In this document: positions 50,730-59,960 of the stretch, in pieces
Layout of the letters: each line of letters opens with the position of its first letter
Numbering within the stretch: position 1 is the first letter of the stretch
IMG/VR virus record: IMGVR_UViG_3300045988_126112
Span: 32,001 to 96,000 of that record
DNA: 64,000 bases
Strand: one strand, 5' to 3'
From: a virus
Notes under the pieces: model-generated
The model's input: only the letters and a program-made list of their open reading frames with translations
Told to the model about the DNA's origin: nothing
The model's database searches: none
Position numbers and translations under genes: made by a program

Positions 50730-52436
50730 TTACAATTTACCTAATTTAACATCTTTAGTTATATTATTTCCAGGTATATGAATAGTTAAACTATATAAAG
50801 CTTGTATACATTCGTGACTAGGATTTCTTGCATTCTTTCCACCTAAGTTAATATAGTTTTTCTTTGAATTAGCAAATTTTTCTAATTCAGCATTTGCTTC
50901 TTTTGTAAATGCTACTTTAGCTGTAACTTGGTCACCATCATAGTCACCACCTATTGCTTCAAGATATAGATTGGATAGATTTAAAGTATCCATAAATTTA
51001 TTACTAGTATCCTTACCTATATCTTCTTCTCTTATCTTAGGATAATATTTATAAAATGTATTATTTACATACATTGGTTCTGTTTCTTTAGTTGATGATA
51101 CTCTTATTTTTGTAGTAAACTGATTAAAGTAACTATCCATAGGATATCTAGTTATTATTACATTTTTATCTTTAGAAACTTCTTCACAAGCCATAAATAT
51201 TAAATCACACCAAGTTAATCTTCTTCTAAATAATGGTGTAACATCTCCACTATCTTTATTTTTTAAAGCTTCATATTCATCTACAGAATAACCATTAAAT
51301 CTCATCCATACAGTTCTTTTTTCATCTTCTAAAGGAACTTGTATAGGTATAAATCTATTAGAGAATCCCTTCATAAATCTTTCAATTTCTTCTTTTATTC
51401 TTGTATCAGAAAATGCTATTAGAGGGTCTTTTACTTTTAAATATTCAATTTCACCTTTTTTATTTCTTACTGGATAATCTTTTGTACTAAATTCATTTTC
51501 AAAAAATCTTCTTATCCAGAATATAATAAATGGGAATAAGTTTGAGCATAAAGATGATAAAGGTATACATGTATAATCTAGAGTAGTTTTCATATCATCT
51601 AGGCTTTCTACTTTTAATTCTGGTGCAGATAATACAAGTCTAGTACCATAATCTGTAGTTTTAGATAATACTGATTGTCTAATTATACCATATTTTCCTG
51701 ATAATCCTTTACCAGCTTCTTTATCTTTAGAAGTTCCTGTGAACCATTGATATAGTTTAACTATAGTATTTTGTATTCTACCTCTAACAGCATTAGACAT
51801 ATTTAATCCATAATCTGCTGTTTCTTTTAAACTTCTTACTCCTAAGATAAGTTGATTATAAATTTTATTTATTTCACCTACTGTAACATATCCACCAGTA
51901 TTATTTACATCTCTATAATATGCTGGAATAACAAGCATTTGTTTTATAAACATTTTATCCCTAGTTTCTTCTAAGAATTTTATTTTAGTTTCCCTCTTAG
52001 ATGATTCTGTATGTTTAAATTTAATTTTATCAATATTAGCTTTAAGCCATTTAATACCATTATCTCCATTATCATCTTGAACAAATTGTCCGTCTTTATC
52101 TATTATAAATGTATCTGTACCATTTACAACTTCAGATAATTTTCTATCCATACTATTCCATATAATATAATATAATGGATGAATAAAGTATTCACTAAGA
52201 TCTATATAAGCAAATATATTAGCTCTCTGATCTTTAGTAATACCAAAAATTTCATTAGATAAAAGACCATCACTAGTTGGTATATTATCTCTAACAAAAA
52301 ATATTGGATTTGTAATCTCTCTAAGCTTATTCTTCTTTATAAGCTTATCTACATCTAATAAATCAAAATGAGCATGTCTTTCAGCAGCTTCATTTAATGA
52401 TTCTATAGCGTGTCTTTCTAATTCTTCATAATTCAT
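50730..52436 (-). CDS. Multisubunit RNA polymerase beta-prime subunit, N-terminal half (with catalytic loop)
   Basis: EIFGITKDQ...AYIDLSEYFIHPLYY (compare IFGP.KD...GHIELA.PV.H.W), LVIPAYYRDV (compare PVLPPDLRP), LSGKYGIIRQSVLSKTTDYGTRLVLS (compare [25 protein letters not shown]), IGGDYDGDQVTAKV (compare NADFDGDQMAVHV). Confidence 0.85.
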   Translation of the reverse strand: MNYEELERHAIESLNEAAERHAHFDLLDVDKLIKKNKLREITNPIFFVRDNIPTSDGLLSNEIFGITKDQRANIFAYIDLSEYFIHPLYYIIWNSMDRKLSEVVNGTDTFIIDKDGQFVQDDNGDNGIKWLKANIDKIKFKHTESSKRETKIKFLEETRDKMFIKQMLVIPAYYRDVNNTGGYVTVGEINKIYNQLILGVRSLKETADYGLNMSNAVRGRIQNTIVKLYQWFTGTSKDKEAGKGLSGKYGIIRQSVLSKTTDYGTRLVLSAPELKVESLDDMKTTLDYTCIPLSSLCSNLFPFIIFWIRRFFENEFSTKDYPVRNKKGEIEYLKVKDPLIAFSDTRIKEEIERFMKGFSNRFIPIQVPLEDEKRTVWMRFNGYSVDEYEALKNKDSGDVTPLFRRRLTWCDLIFMACEEVSKDKNVIITRYPMDSYFNQFTTKIRVSSTKETEPMYVNNTFYKYYPKIREEDIGKDTSNKFMDTLNLSNLYLEAIGGDYDGDQVTAKVAFTKEANAELEKFANSKKNYINLGGKNARNPSHECIQALYSLTIHIPGNNITKDVKLGKL

Positions 52437-52453
52437 ATTTATTAACTCCTTTC

Positions 52454-52490
52454 AAAAAAAAATTAGAGTTTCTGGTTACCCAGAAACTCT
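52454..52490 (-). terminator. Minus-strand intrinsic terminator immediately upstream of the beta-prime SD
   Basis: The minus strand reads AGAGTTTCTGG-GTAA-CCAGAAACTCT followed by AATTTTTTTTT, then GAAAGGAG and ATG. Confidence 0.7.
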
Positions 52491-52790
52491 TTGTTTATAT
52501 AAAATAATATTCAATTTATCCTCACTAATATTACATATTTTAGCTTTAAATCTATAGCTATATTTATCTATTACTGTAGTTTCAATTATATTCTTTATAT
52601 CATTTATAGATATATTTGGAGATGTGATTGATATATTAAATAATATTTTATTGTCGTCTATTATATCATAGCTATCTACTTTAAGCATATCGTATGGAGA
52701 TATCAAATCGTAGATAATCATGAATTCGTCAAATGAGGAATTTATATGTTCCCCACATTTTAACGAATTTGTAAACTCTAATCTATCCAC
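52476..52790 (-). CDS. Hypothetical protein (104 aa), GTG start
   Basis: The GTG overlaps the stop of the upstream small ORF (TAGTG); GAAGGGA lies about 10 nt upstream. Confidence 0.65.
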   Translation of the reverse strand: MDRLEFTNSLKCGEHINSSFDEFMIIYDLISPYDMLKVDSYDIIDDNKILFNISITSPNISINDIKNIIETTVIDKYSYRFKAKICNISEDKLNIILYKQRVSG

Positions 52791-52921
52791 TAAATATCAA
52801 TCCCTTCTTCTATTTGATCTTTTAATTCTTCAGCAGCAGCTTTTTCGACTCCTTCTTTAGTCATTAATCTATTTCGTAATTCTATATATAATGTATGAAA
52901 TATTCTGTTTCCCATATTCAT
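52790..52921 (-). CDS. Hypothetical small protein (43 aa), below the track cutoff
   Basis: MNMGNRIFHTLYIELRNRLMTKEGVEKAAAEELKDQIEEGIDI fills the gap between two minus-strand genes, and its stop overlaps the next start. The SD is weak (AAAGGTAAG, 17 nt upstream). Confidence 0.45.
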   Translation of the reverse strand: MNMGNRIFHTLYIELRNRLMTKEGVEKAAAEELKDQIEEGIDI

Positions 52922-52977
52922 AGCTTCAGTATATGAAGTCTTACCTTTAGAATTATCTACGAAGTTTTGTAATTTAA

Positions 52978-54636
52978 TTACATAGTCGTGATACGTGCTA
53001 ACTGATGACGTGTAAAAACCAAATCTTGAGCAGAGATTTTTGTTTCTGGTATAGTTTTACCACATCTTGGACAAACTGTTTCTGGTAATACATAATCTAC
53101 ATTAACTTCACGTTCGTCAACTATTTCGCTTATCTTAGCTTGAACTTTACTTAATTCATCAGCTGATAAAGATTTTAATACTTTAGCATATCTTTTTATT
53201 TTATACATTAATTCTTTAGTTATATTATCATCATGTTTAGTAAGATTTATAGGAATTAATGACATAGTTTGTCTATCTATTACATATATAGCATCTATGT
53301 AACAAATATAAGTTATTAATTCAGCGTTTTCTTCAGTAAAATCATCTGGTAATAGAGCTAATTCAAAATACATATTATATATAGAAGGATCTTTGAAATC
53401 CATTACATATTCATCTGTAATTTGTTCTCTATAAGTTTTAAGTTTTTCTGGTGCTCTTAAAGCTTTTCCTACTATTTCTTCAGCTTTCTTTTCATCTTCT
53501 GGAGTTTCAAATTTAATCATTTGATATAATGGAGTTTCATCACTTACGAATACTTCTCCACATTCTTGACAGTTGTATGGTATATAATTTGCTCCACCAT
53601 AACTAGCTCTATATATAGCCATGTATATATGGTCTATATCTCTAACAGATATTTGTTTTAGCCATTCTGTAAACTCAGGTTTTCCTTCAGTTCTATCATG
53701 GTTGTATATAAGTTTATATATTTCTCTATTTCTGTTATATCTAGTTAGATTATCATTACCTAATAAAGTTGTTATTTCTTGTCCTTTAAATTCTTCCATT
53801 ATTATTGGAGTACCAGTATTAAATAATCCCCAATTAGAAGTGTAAGGTAGTTCTTCTGTATTAACTACTTTTATAGCATTTTTGACACTAACTGTTTTTT
53901 CAGCTACTGTAAATTGAGATAAATCTATTACTTTACTTTCATCTATTACTTTTATTTTTTGTTGAGCAGATTTTTTAAGTCTTTCTGTCCATTCTTCTTC
54001 TGTAAGATTAAGTTTTTCTAGTTTGTCAGAATCTTCTTTTGATTCTTCAGCAGCAACTTCTTCATCATCGTCGTCATCATCGTCATCTAAATCATTAATT
54101 ATATCCATTAATGATTTTTTAGGTAATTCAGGAGTAACTTCAGTTATTGCTTCGTCATCATCATCTTCATCGTCCTCATCTAAATTTACTTCGTCTATAG
54201 TTTTTTCTCCAGCTAATAAAGCATCAACATCTTCATCTTCTTCTTTTTCTTCTTGAATTTCTTCTTGTTTTTGTTGCATAAAATCATTTTCTCTTTTAAG
54301 TCTTCCTAAAGTACTATTTATATCAAACATTGCACTATCAAAGACTTCACTTGTACTATTAGGTGCTTCATCACCTCTATAAACAGCTTTCATATGTTCA
54401 TCATGTGCAGCTTTATCTTCAGCTTCTTGTTGAGCTTTTATTTCAGCCATTCTAGCTTTATCTTCAGCTATTTTCTTAGCTTTATAAGCTTCAGCATTTA
54501 ATCTAGCTCTAGTAGCAGCATCCATTGGATGTTCTTGAACTGTTTCTGTAGATACAGTTTCTTCTTGTACTTCTGGCTCTGGTTGTATTGTACCTTCTGA
54601 TAAATCACTTAACCCTATTGTTTTATTTTCTTCCAT
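52978..54636 (-). CDS. Acidic protein (552 aa) with two CxxC zinc-knuckle pairs
   Basis: TAGGAGGA SD. Poly-D/E tracts (DEDDEDDDDE, DDDDDDDDEE) plus YNCQECGEVF and VCPRCGKTIPE in the C-terminal domain. Follows the gp25-like gene. Confidence 0.8.
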   Translation of the reverse strand: MEENKTIGLSDLSEGTIQPEPEVQEETVSTETVQEHPMDAATRARLNAEAYKAKKIAEDKARMAEIKAQQEAEDKAAHDEHMKAVYRGDEAPNSTSEVFDSAMFDINSTLGRLKRENDFMQQKQEEIQEEKEEDEDVDALLAGEKTIDEVNLDEDDEDDDDEAITEVTPELPKKSLMDIINDLDDDDDDDDEEVAAEESKEDSDKLEKLNLTEEEWTERLKKSAQQKIKVIDESKVIDLSQFTVAEKTVSVKNAIKVVNTEELPYTSNWGLFNTGTPIIMEEFKGQEITTLLGNDNLTRYNRNREIYKLIYNHDRTEGKPEFTEWLKQISVRDIDHIYMAIYRASYGGANYIPYNCQECGEVFVSDETPLYQMIKFETPEDEKKAEEIVGKALRAPEKLKTYREQITDEYVMDFKDPSIYNMYFELALLPDDFTEENAELITYICYIDAIYVIDRQTMSLIPINLTKHDDNITKELMYKIKRYAKVLKSLSADELSKVQAKISEIVDEREVNVDYVLPETVCPRCGKTIPETKISAQDLVFTRHQLARITTM

Positions 54637-54649
54637 AATTTTATTCCTC

Positions 54650-54988
54650 CTATAATTCTGATAATTTTATATCATCATCTTTAGTTGTTTCCATTCTAAA
54701 GATAACGTTATTTACTTCTATTGTAATAGATAGTTCGTTGTTACTTTTCTTAACAACGTCGATATTATTTATACTATACTCTGGTAGATATGTTTCTATT
54801 TGATCTTGTATAGCTTGTTTAATTGGTAATACATCATCCATTTCTCTAAATCTCCAGTTTTTTACTAATCCTACTCCCATTAATGGATGATTTGGATAAG
54901 TTCCTGGATTTAATAATATTAATCTCTTAATTAATACAAATATAGCTTCACCACCTGAGAATTCTTTGGGTTCTTTAAAGTTATTCAC
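54650..54988 (-). CDS. gp25-like baseplate wedge protein (GPW/gp25 family)
   Basis: IKRLILLNPGTYPNHPLMGVGLVKNWRF...IQDQIETYLPEYSINNIDVV...LSITIEV parallels T4 gp25 as I recall it (IITTRKGSRPFDPEFGCDLSDQLF...IESAVRNYEPRIDKLAVNV...LIVEIRF). The start codon (GTG at 54988) is uncertain. Confidence 0.55.
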   Translation of the reverse strand: MNNFKEPKEFSGGEAIFVLIKRLILLNPGTYPNHPLMGVGLVKNWRFREMDDVLPIKQAIQDQIETYLPEYSINNIDVVKKSNNELSITIEVNNVIFRMETTKDDDIKLSEL

Positions 54989-55078
54989 TCCTAAAGAGTA
55001 TTCAATTCTATTACTAATTATAATTACCCCCTTTTCTCTATAGATTACTAATTAGTTTAATAAAATATTATTTAACTT

Positions 55079-55091
55079 AACACATTTAAGT
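55079..55091 (+). promoter_or_regulatory. Class-L (AACA-type) promoter-like motif
   Basis: AACACATTTAAGT, 41 nt before the ATG at 55120. Confidence 0.2.
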
Positions 55092-55119
55092 AAATTTAAA
55101 AAAATAGGAGGCTAATAAT

Positions 55120-55686
55120 ATGAAATATGTAGACTTAGATAAAGGTATAATATTAAACGAAATTGAAAGAGGTAACTTTAACGAATATCCATATGGGAGT
55201 AAATTAGTTGAATCTAAAACTGATGGTTTTAGAATAGAACCACTTAATTTAACTCCAATAGACGATCAACTTGCTGTACCTATAGCTATATTAAATCTAA
55301 AAGGATATAAAACTGACCAATGTTGTGCAGGTCATCTTGATGAAGGAGTAGCTTGGTCTTATATAAGATTTGTTGAACCAATATTTAGAGAACAACAATT
55401 TTGTTGTCCTAAAGGCAAAAATATAAAAGATAATGTATTAATGTCTATAGATGATGATTTTAAAACTATAAGAATTGCAGAGTGTAATAATAATACATCA
55501 AGACTACCTAAAATACAAAAGATGATTGATGATTTTTGTCAGACTATATTGAAATGGGCTTTAGATCTTCCATATAAACCAAAAGAAGTAAAAATTGAAG
55601 ATATGGGAGTTATAGCAACTGATGATATACCTAGAATGGGAACATTTATAGATGAAAATACTATGTTGTTAGGAGATAGGAAATAA
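55120..55686 (+). CDS. Hypothetical protein (188 aa)
   Basis: TAGGAGGC SD. Confidence 0.85.
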   Translation: MKYVDLDKGIILNEIERGNFNEYPYGSKLVESKTDGFRIEPLNLTPIDDQLAVPIAILNLKGYKTDQCCAGHLDEGVAWSYIRFVEPIFREQQFCCPKGKNIKDNVLMSIDDDFKTIRIAECNNNTSRLPKIQKMIDDFCQTILKWALDLPYKPKEVKIEDMGVIATDDIPRMGTFIDENTMLLGDRK

Positions 55687-55976
55687 TGGAACTATATGAA
55701 ATAATACAAGAAAAATTAGATAGTGCTGAAATACATCCACATAGCGTTCAATCTGTAGCAGAATTAGAAGATAAACTACTTAAGTTTAAGTCTGAATTAA
55801 TACAAGAGATTACTGTTAGAACTGGATGTGAATACAAAGATTTAAAATTAGTAATAGACCGTAAAGAAGAAGACAATCTTACTAGATATAGAATTACTTT
55901 ATATTTACTTAGTAAGAAATTACAAAAGATATATAAAGGTCAAAATGGAGCAACTATAGAATTTGCAGTCGGCTAA
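55686..55976 (+). CDS. Hypothetical protein (96 aa)
   Basis: The ATG overlaps the upstream stop (TAATG); AGGAGATAGG upstream. Confidence 0.75.
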   Translation: MELYEIIQEKLDSAEIHPHSVQSVAELEDKLLKFKSELIQEITVRTGCEYKDLKLVIDRKEEDNLTRYRITLYLLSKKLQKIYKGQNGATIEFAVG

Positions 55977-55988
55977 AAAGTATTTTAG

Positions 55989-56006
55989 TTATATATTATA
56001 GATATG
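55989..56006 (+). promoter_or_regulatory. Class-A phage promoter-like motif
   Basis: TTATATATTATAGATATG, upstream of 56072. Confidence 0.55.
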
Positions 56007-56071
56007 AATAAGAGGTGCATTCAATCCTCTACTTCATTTAATATTATATAAAATTTCAAGGAGGTAAGTTT

Positions 56072-56557
56072 ATGTTAAACTTATATTGTGTAAACGTTTT
56101 CAAAGGGGAAATATTAGAAGGACAAAAATTTATAGTAGCAGATACAGCAGTAGAAGCTAAAGAAAAAGCAAGAGATAATGTAGAAAGATGTCAAGAATTT
56201 GATTATGTTCCTGTAAGAATTATAGCTAATACTGGAAAAGTATTTCCAGTTAAAAAAGATGAAGTAATGGATGAATTCAAAAATCCAACTTACGGAGATA
56301 ATTCTATAATTATAGATGAATACAATATATCTATAATAGAATTCCAAGATGAAAATGACTGCGAAGGACTAGAATTAACTTATGATATAGTAAAATCAAA
56401 TGAATTTTCATTAGTTATGCGTGATGGACATGATTTATTCAATTCATTAGTAGAAGATGGAACTATTGATAGAAACTCTACTAAAGAATATAGCATAATA
56501 GCTACAAATAAAAGAACTGAAGAAGTTCAAAGAGTTTATATTAAAATCAATAAATAA
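56072..56557 (+). CDS. Hypothetical protein (161 aa), paralog of 57464..57943
   Basis: AAGGAGGT SD. N-terminus LYCVNVFKGEILEGQKFIVADTAVEAKEKA compares with LYILLIEREGIVEGQLIVSAKSITEAVNIG. Confidence 0.85.
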   Translation: MLNLYCVNVFKGEILEGQKFIVADTAVEAKEKARDNVERCQEFDYVPVRIIANTGKVFPVKKDEVMDEFKNPTYGDNSIIIDEYNISIIEFQDENDCEGLELTYDIVKSNEFSLVMRDGHDLFNSLVEDGTIDRNSTKEYSIIATNKRTEEVQRVYIKINK

Positions 56558-56585
56558 AGTTGAAAGATAATATAAATTAGTTACG

Positions 56586-56619
56586 ATAGCTAGGATTCGT
56601 CCTAGCTATTTTTATTTTT
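56586..56619 (+). terminator. Intrinsic terminator (UUCG loop)
   Basis: ATAGCTAGGA-TTCG-TCCTAGCTAT followed by TTTTATTTTT. Confidence 0.8.
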
Positions 56620-56643
56620 ATATATTTAATGAGGGTGAATAGA

Positions 56644-57183
56644 ATGGATGGAAAGATATCTATATATAGTAATGAAGAACAAATAAACAAAATTAAAGAA
56701 AAATTAGAAATTTCAACAGATGCTGATTACATTTATGTAGTCAGTCAGACTGAATATCCATTAGAAATGGATGAAAAAGGAATACAAAAAACAGTTATGA
56801 AATGTAATGAATTTCTAACTGTAGTTGAATATATCTTTAAAAGAAATTACATATATGTAATTTTATTAAAAGAAAACGAATATGATTATGAAGAAAACGA
56901 ATTACCTATTATTGAATCAAATGATAAATACTATGCAGGATATGAAATAGGTACTTATAGATATAATGCTCCTATGAGCTGTTATTATGATAAATATCAA
57001 AATGAAATAGGCTTTAAAGCTATATTAAGAGATTTAAATTTATTAAACAATAAAGGTTGGTTAGTACATTCTGTAGAAGAATATATTGATTACGACATTA
57101 TATTATTTAAAAGTATTAAGAAAAGTAATTTTTATAATAAAATGTATATATTATTTAAAACAAAGGAGGATATCAATGAATGA
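56644..57183 (+). CDS. Hypothetical protein (179 aa)
   Basis: GAGGGTG lies before the ATG at 56644 (track start 56629 sits inside the SD). Confidence 0.75.
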   Translation: MDGKISIYSNEEQINKIKEKLEISTDADYIYVVSQTEYPLEMDEKGIQKTVMKCNEFLTVVEYIFKRNYIYVILLKENEYDYEENELPIIESNDKYYAGYEIGTYRYNAPMSCYYDKYQNEIGFKAILRDLNLLNNKGWLVHSVEEYIDYDIILFKSIKKSNFYNKMYILFKTKEDINE

Positions 57184-57442
57184 TTTTGATGAAGCAAGTT
57201 TAAGTGTAGAAGAAATGCTTAAAGATATTGAAAAAGAAAAAAAGATAAATAAAATAGAAAGAATAGAAGCATTAATAGTTAGACATATAAGAGCACATAT
57301 CATTATAGATTTAAAAGAAAATTTCTATAATGTGCATATTAAAAGAAGTGATAGATTGTCTTATGATGATATAGCCAAAAAATGGAATGTATCAACAAAA
57401 TATGTAAAAAATATAGCCGAAGAAACAGGCTATACAATATAA
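57176..57442 (+). CDS. Small protein with a C-terminal helix-turn-helix-like segment (88 aa)
   Basis: AAAGGAGGA lies 6 nt before the ATG at 57176. LSYDDIAKKWNVSTKYVKNIAEE looks like an HTH. Confidence 0.5.
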   Translation: MNDFDEASLSVEEMLKDIEKEKKINKIERIEALIVRHIRAHIIIDLKENFYNVHIKRSDRLSYDDIAKKWNVSTKYVKNIAEETGYTI

Positions 57443-57463
57443 TAAATTTAAGGAGGTATAGAT

Positions 57464-57943
57464 ATGAATCTATATATATTATTAATAGAAAGAGAAGGAA
57501 TAGTAGAAGGACAATTAATAGTTTCAGCTAAAAGTATTACAGAAGCAGTTAATATAGGATATGCTGAATTAGGAGACAGTACTATATACGAAAATGTACA
57601 CCTATATGCATATAAAATATTAGTAAACGATTCTAAAATATATCCAGTAACTATGGCTGGATTAAAAACTTTAAGTAATAGAACAGAAGAGGAACAAGTT
57701 ACTAATGAATATGAAATAAAAATATTTAAATACAATAAAAACAAAACTATGAAATTAGTATTTAAAGATATTATGCTTTCAGATAATGTAAATCTTGTTT
57801 TAAAAGAAGCGAAACATAGAGCTATAAGTATGATAGGCAGCGTTTTTGAACAACACGAAACTGTAAATATATCAGTTCGTAATACAAAAACAAATGAAGA
57901 TATAAATGGAAATTATTTAATTCATAAAGGAGATGAAGAATAA
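57464..57943 (+). CDS. Hypothetical protein (159 aa), paralog of 56072..56557
   Basis: AAGGAGGT SD; shared N-terminal pattern with 56072..56557. Confidence 0.85.
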   Translation: MNLYILLIEREGIVEGQLIVSAKSITEAVNIGYAELGDSTIYENVHLYAYKILVNDSKIYPVTMAGLKTLSNRTEEEQVTNEYEIKIFKYNKNKTMKLVFKDIMLSDNVNLVLKEAKHRAISMIGSVFEQHETVNISVRNTKTNEDINGNYLIHKGDEE

Positions 57944-58215
57944 TGAAAAAATTTGTAGTAATAGGAAATGAAGAAGAAATAGTTAAAGCTAAAGAGGCTC
58001 TTGCCTCTTTAGATGTAGAAATTAATGATTCTTTACAACAAGAATGGTTAATGGGTGAAATAAATACAGCAGCTTTAAATAATGATATAGTTCTCGATAG
58101 AGAACAACAAAGACATTGGGCTGATAGATTTAATAATGAAGGAGATGGTTGGGATGAATTCTTTGGACACATGGAAGACTTCCTATTAATCAGACATAAT
58201 AAAGATAATGATTAA
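57943..58215 (+). CDS. Hypothetical protein (90 aa)
   Basis: TAATG overlap with the upstream gene; AAAGGAGA upstream. Confidence 0.75.
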   Translation: MKKFVVIGNEEEIVKAKEALASLDVEINDSLQQEWLMGEINTAALNNDIVLDREQQRHWADRFNNEGDGWDEFFGHMEDFLLIRHNKDND

Positions 58216-58232
58216 AATTAATTTGTAATCTT

Positions 58233-58267
58233 ATAGTGGTGGTTGGTTAATTCCAACCACTATTTTT
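58233..58267 (+). terminator. Intrinsic terminator
   Basis: ATAGTGG(TGG)TTGG-TTAATT-CCAACCACTAT followed by TTTT. Confidence 0.7.
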
Positions 58268-58290
58268 ATATATTTAAAGGAGGCTTAATT

Positions 58291-58944
58291 ATGAGTATAA
58301 TAATTGATAAAAATACAGAAACAATTGGTTTTAGACCTATACCAGATACACATGAATTATGTAGAATTCATAGCAAAGAATTTGAAGAATTCATAAAAGC
58401 TAATAAATATTTTATCAATGCTTTTGATGAAATATATAGTGATAGAAATTCAGATGATATTAATATAGATAATATGGCACATCCTGTAATAAATACTTAC
58501 TTTAAAAGAAAACCAAAGAAACAATCTTTAGTTTTTCCTATAAGACAATATGATTTCGATAGTTATATATTAGAAACAAATATAATATGCAAACGCACAC
58601 CATTATCTATAGTGAAAGAAATAAAAGATAAGAAAGAATATTTAATAGATATGAAAAACTTAGGTGAATTAAAACATATTGTAATAGATAATAGATATGA
58701 TATTTATTATAAAAATTATATACGTAGAAGAATAGATGATGTATATGGTTTTTGGGATATAATAGATACAATAACTAATAGATATGGCAATAGACTTGTA
58801 ATATTGAAAGATAGAAAAAGTAATAAGGAAAAACGTTTTATGTTTAATTATTTTACATTAGGAGGATATCCAAATTTAATATATCCAGATAAAATAGAAA
58901 TAGATGATTTGGAAATATGCAAAAAAGCATTTGAAAGAATATAA
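58291..58944 (+). CDS. Hypothetical protein (217 aa)
   Basis: AAAGGAGGC lies 7 nt before the ATG at 58291; the track start 58243 lies in the terminator. Confidence 0.8.
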   Translation: MSIIIDKNTETIGFRPIPDTHELCRIHSKEFEEFIKANKYFINAFDEIYSDRNSDDINIDNMAHPVINTYFKRKPKKQSLVFPIRQYDFDSYILETNIICKRTPLSIVKEIKDKKEYLIDMKNLGELKHIVIDNRYDIYYKNYIRRRIDDVYGFWDIIDTITNRYGNRLVILKDRKSNKEKRFMFNYFTLGGYPNLIYPDKIEIDDLEICKKAFERI

Positions 58945-58956
58945 GGAGGTAATATT

Positions 58957-59292
58957 ATGTATTTAATTGATATGCGAACTAAAAGAGTATATGAATTATA
59001 TGATGATCCAGAAGCAGATTATATAAGAAATGACTTTGAAAACGATTGCGACGCAGGATTATTATATGGAGAAGAACCTGTAGAATGTATGATAGAAAGT
59101 TATTCTCAATACTGGTTAGATTATTTGCATGGTGTAATTAAATGGGATATTACATCTTTAAAAATGGAAGATGAATTAAAATGGTTAAGATGTGCAATGT
59201 GCAAATATTTTAAAGAACACGATGTGGATATACAAAGTGTTAAATATAATAATTGCAGTTCACATGTAAAATACACTCAAGGAATATATTAG
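58957..59292 (+). CDS. Hypothetical protein (111 aa)
   Basis: TAAGGAGGT SD. Confidence 0.85.
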   Translation: MYLIDMRTKRVYELYDDPEADYIRNDFENDCDAGLLYGEEPVECMIESYSQYWLDYLHGVIKWDITSLKMEDELKWLRCAMCKYFKEHDVDIQSVKYNNCSSHVKYTQGIY

Positions 59293-59303
59293 GAGGTAAT
59301 AGT

Positions 59304-59555
59304 ATGAATGATTTTAAAGCTGTTGAAGTTGGTAATAATGATTTATATGCTATTTTAACGAAATTGCCAGATGGAGCATTACATACAGATGATGTAATGC
59401 ATCGCATATTTGGAAAAGCAGAATCTCAAAATGATTTAGTTCAACAAAGATTGGAATTCTATACTAATGCTATATTTGGTTCTATGCTTTCACATACACT
59501 ATATATAGATAAAAAATTTATAGAAGAATCTAAAGAAAAATTAGGGGGTAAATAA
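59304..59555 (+). CDS. Hypothetical protein (83 aa)
   Basis: TAGGAGGT lies 7 nt before the ATG at 59304. Confidence 0.8.
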   Translation: MNDFKAVEVGNNDLYAILTKLPDGALHTDDVMHRIFGKAESQNDLVQQRLEFYTNAIFGSMLSHTLYIDKKFIEESKEKLGGK

Positions 59556-59556
59556 T

Positions 59557-59769
59557 ATGAAAGAATTTAATGAAGAAAATATAGTTAATGCTTTAAATGA
59601 AATAGATGATACATTGGATGATTTAACAGATTCAATGATATCATTTGCAGAAACATGGGCATCTATAGGAAGAAAAATTAACTTAGTTTTAAACTTAATA
59701 ATAATCGCTGCCTTACTTGGTGGTGGTTATTGTATATATAATATATTAAAATTACAGGGGGTATTATAG
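59557..59769 (+). CDS. Tail-anchored small membrane protein (70 aa)
   Basis: TAGGGGGT SD. C-terminal TM segment INLVLNLIIIAALLGGGYCIYNIL. Confidence 0.75.
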   Translation: MKEFNEENIVNALNEIDDTLDDLTDSMISFAETWASIGRKINLVLNLIIIAALLGGGYCIYNILKLQGVL

Positions 59770-59770
59770 A

Positions 59771-59956
59771 ATGTTTATAAAAGTGAATGATAGATATAAA
59801 AAAGAGTTAAGAATAAATGTAGATAGTATAATGTATTATTTACCTGCTGCTACTAGTGGTACAGAAATAAATTTAAAAGGAAAAATTTATCTCACAGTTT
59901 TAGAATCTGTAGAAGAAATAGATAAGATGATAGAATTAGCACAACATAATAAATAA
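59771..59956 (+). CDS. Hypothetical protein (61 aa)
   Basis: CAGGGGGT SD; terminator downstream. Confidence 0.75.
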   Translation: MFIKVNDRYKKELRINVDSIMYYLPAATSGTEINLKGKIYLTVLESVEEIDKMIELAQHNK

Positions 59957-59960
59957 TATG

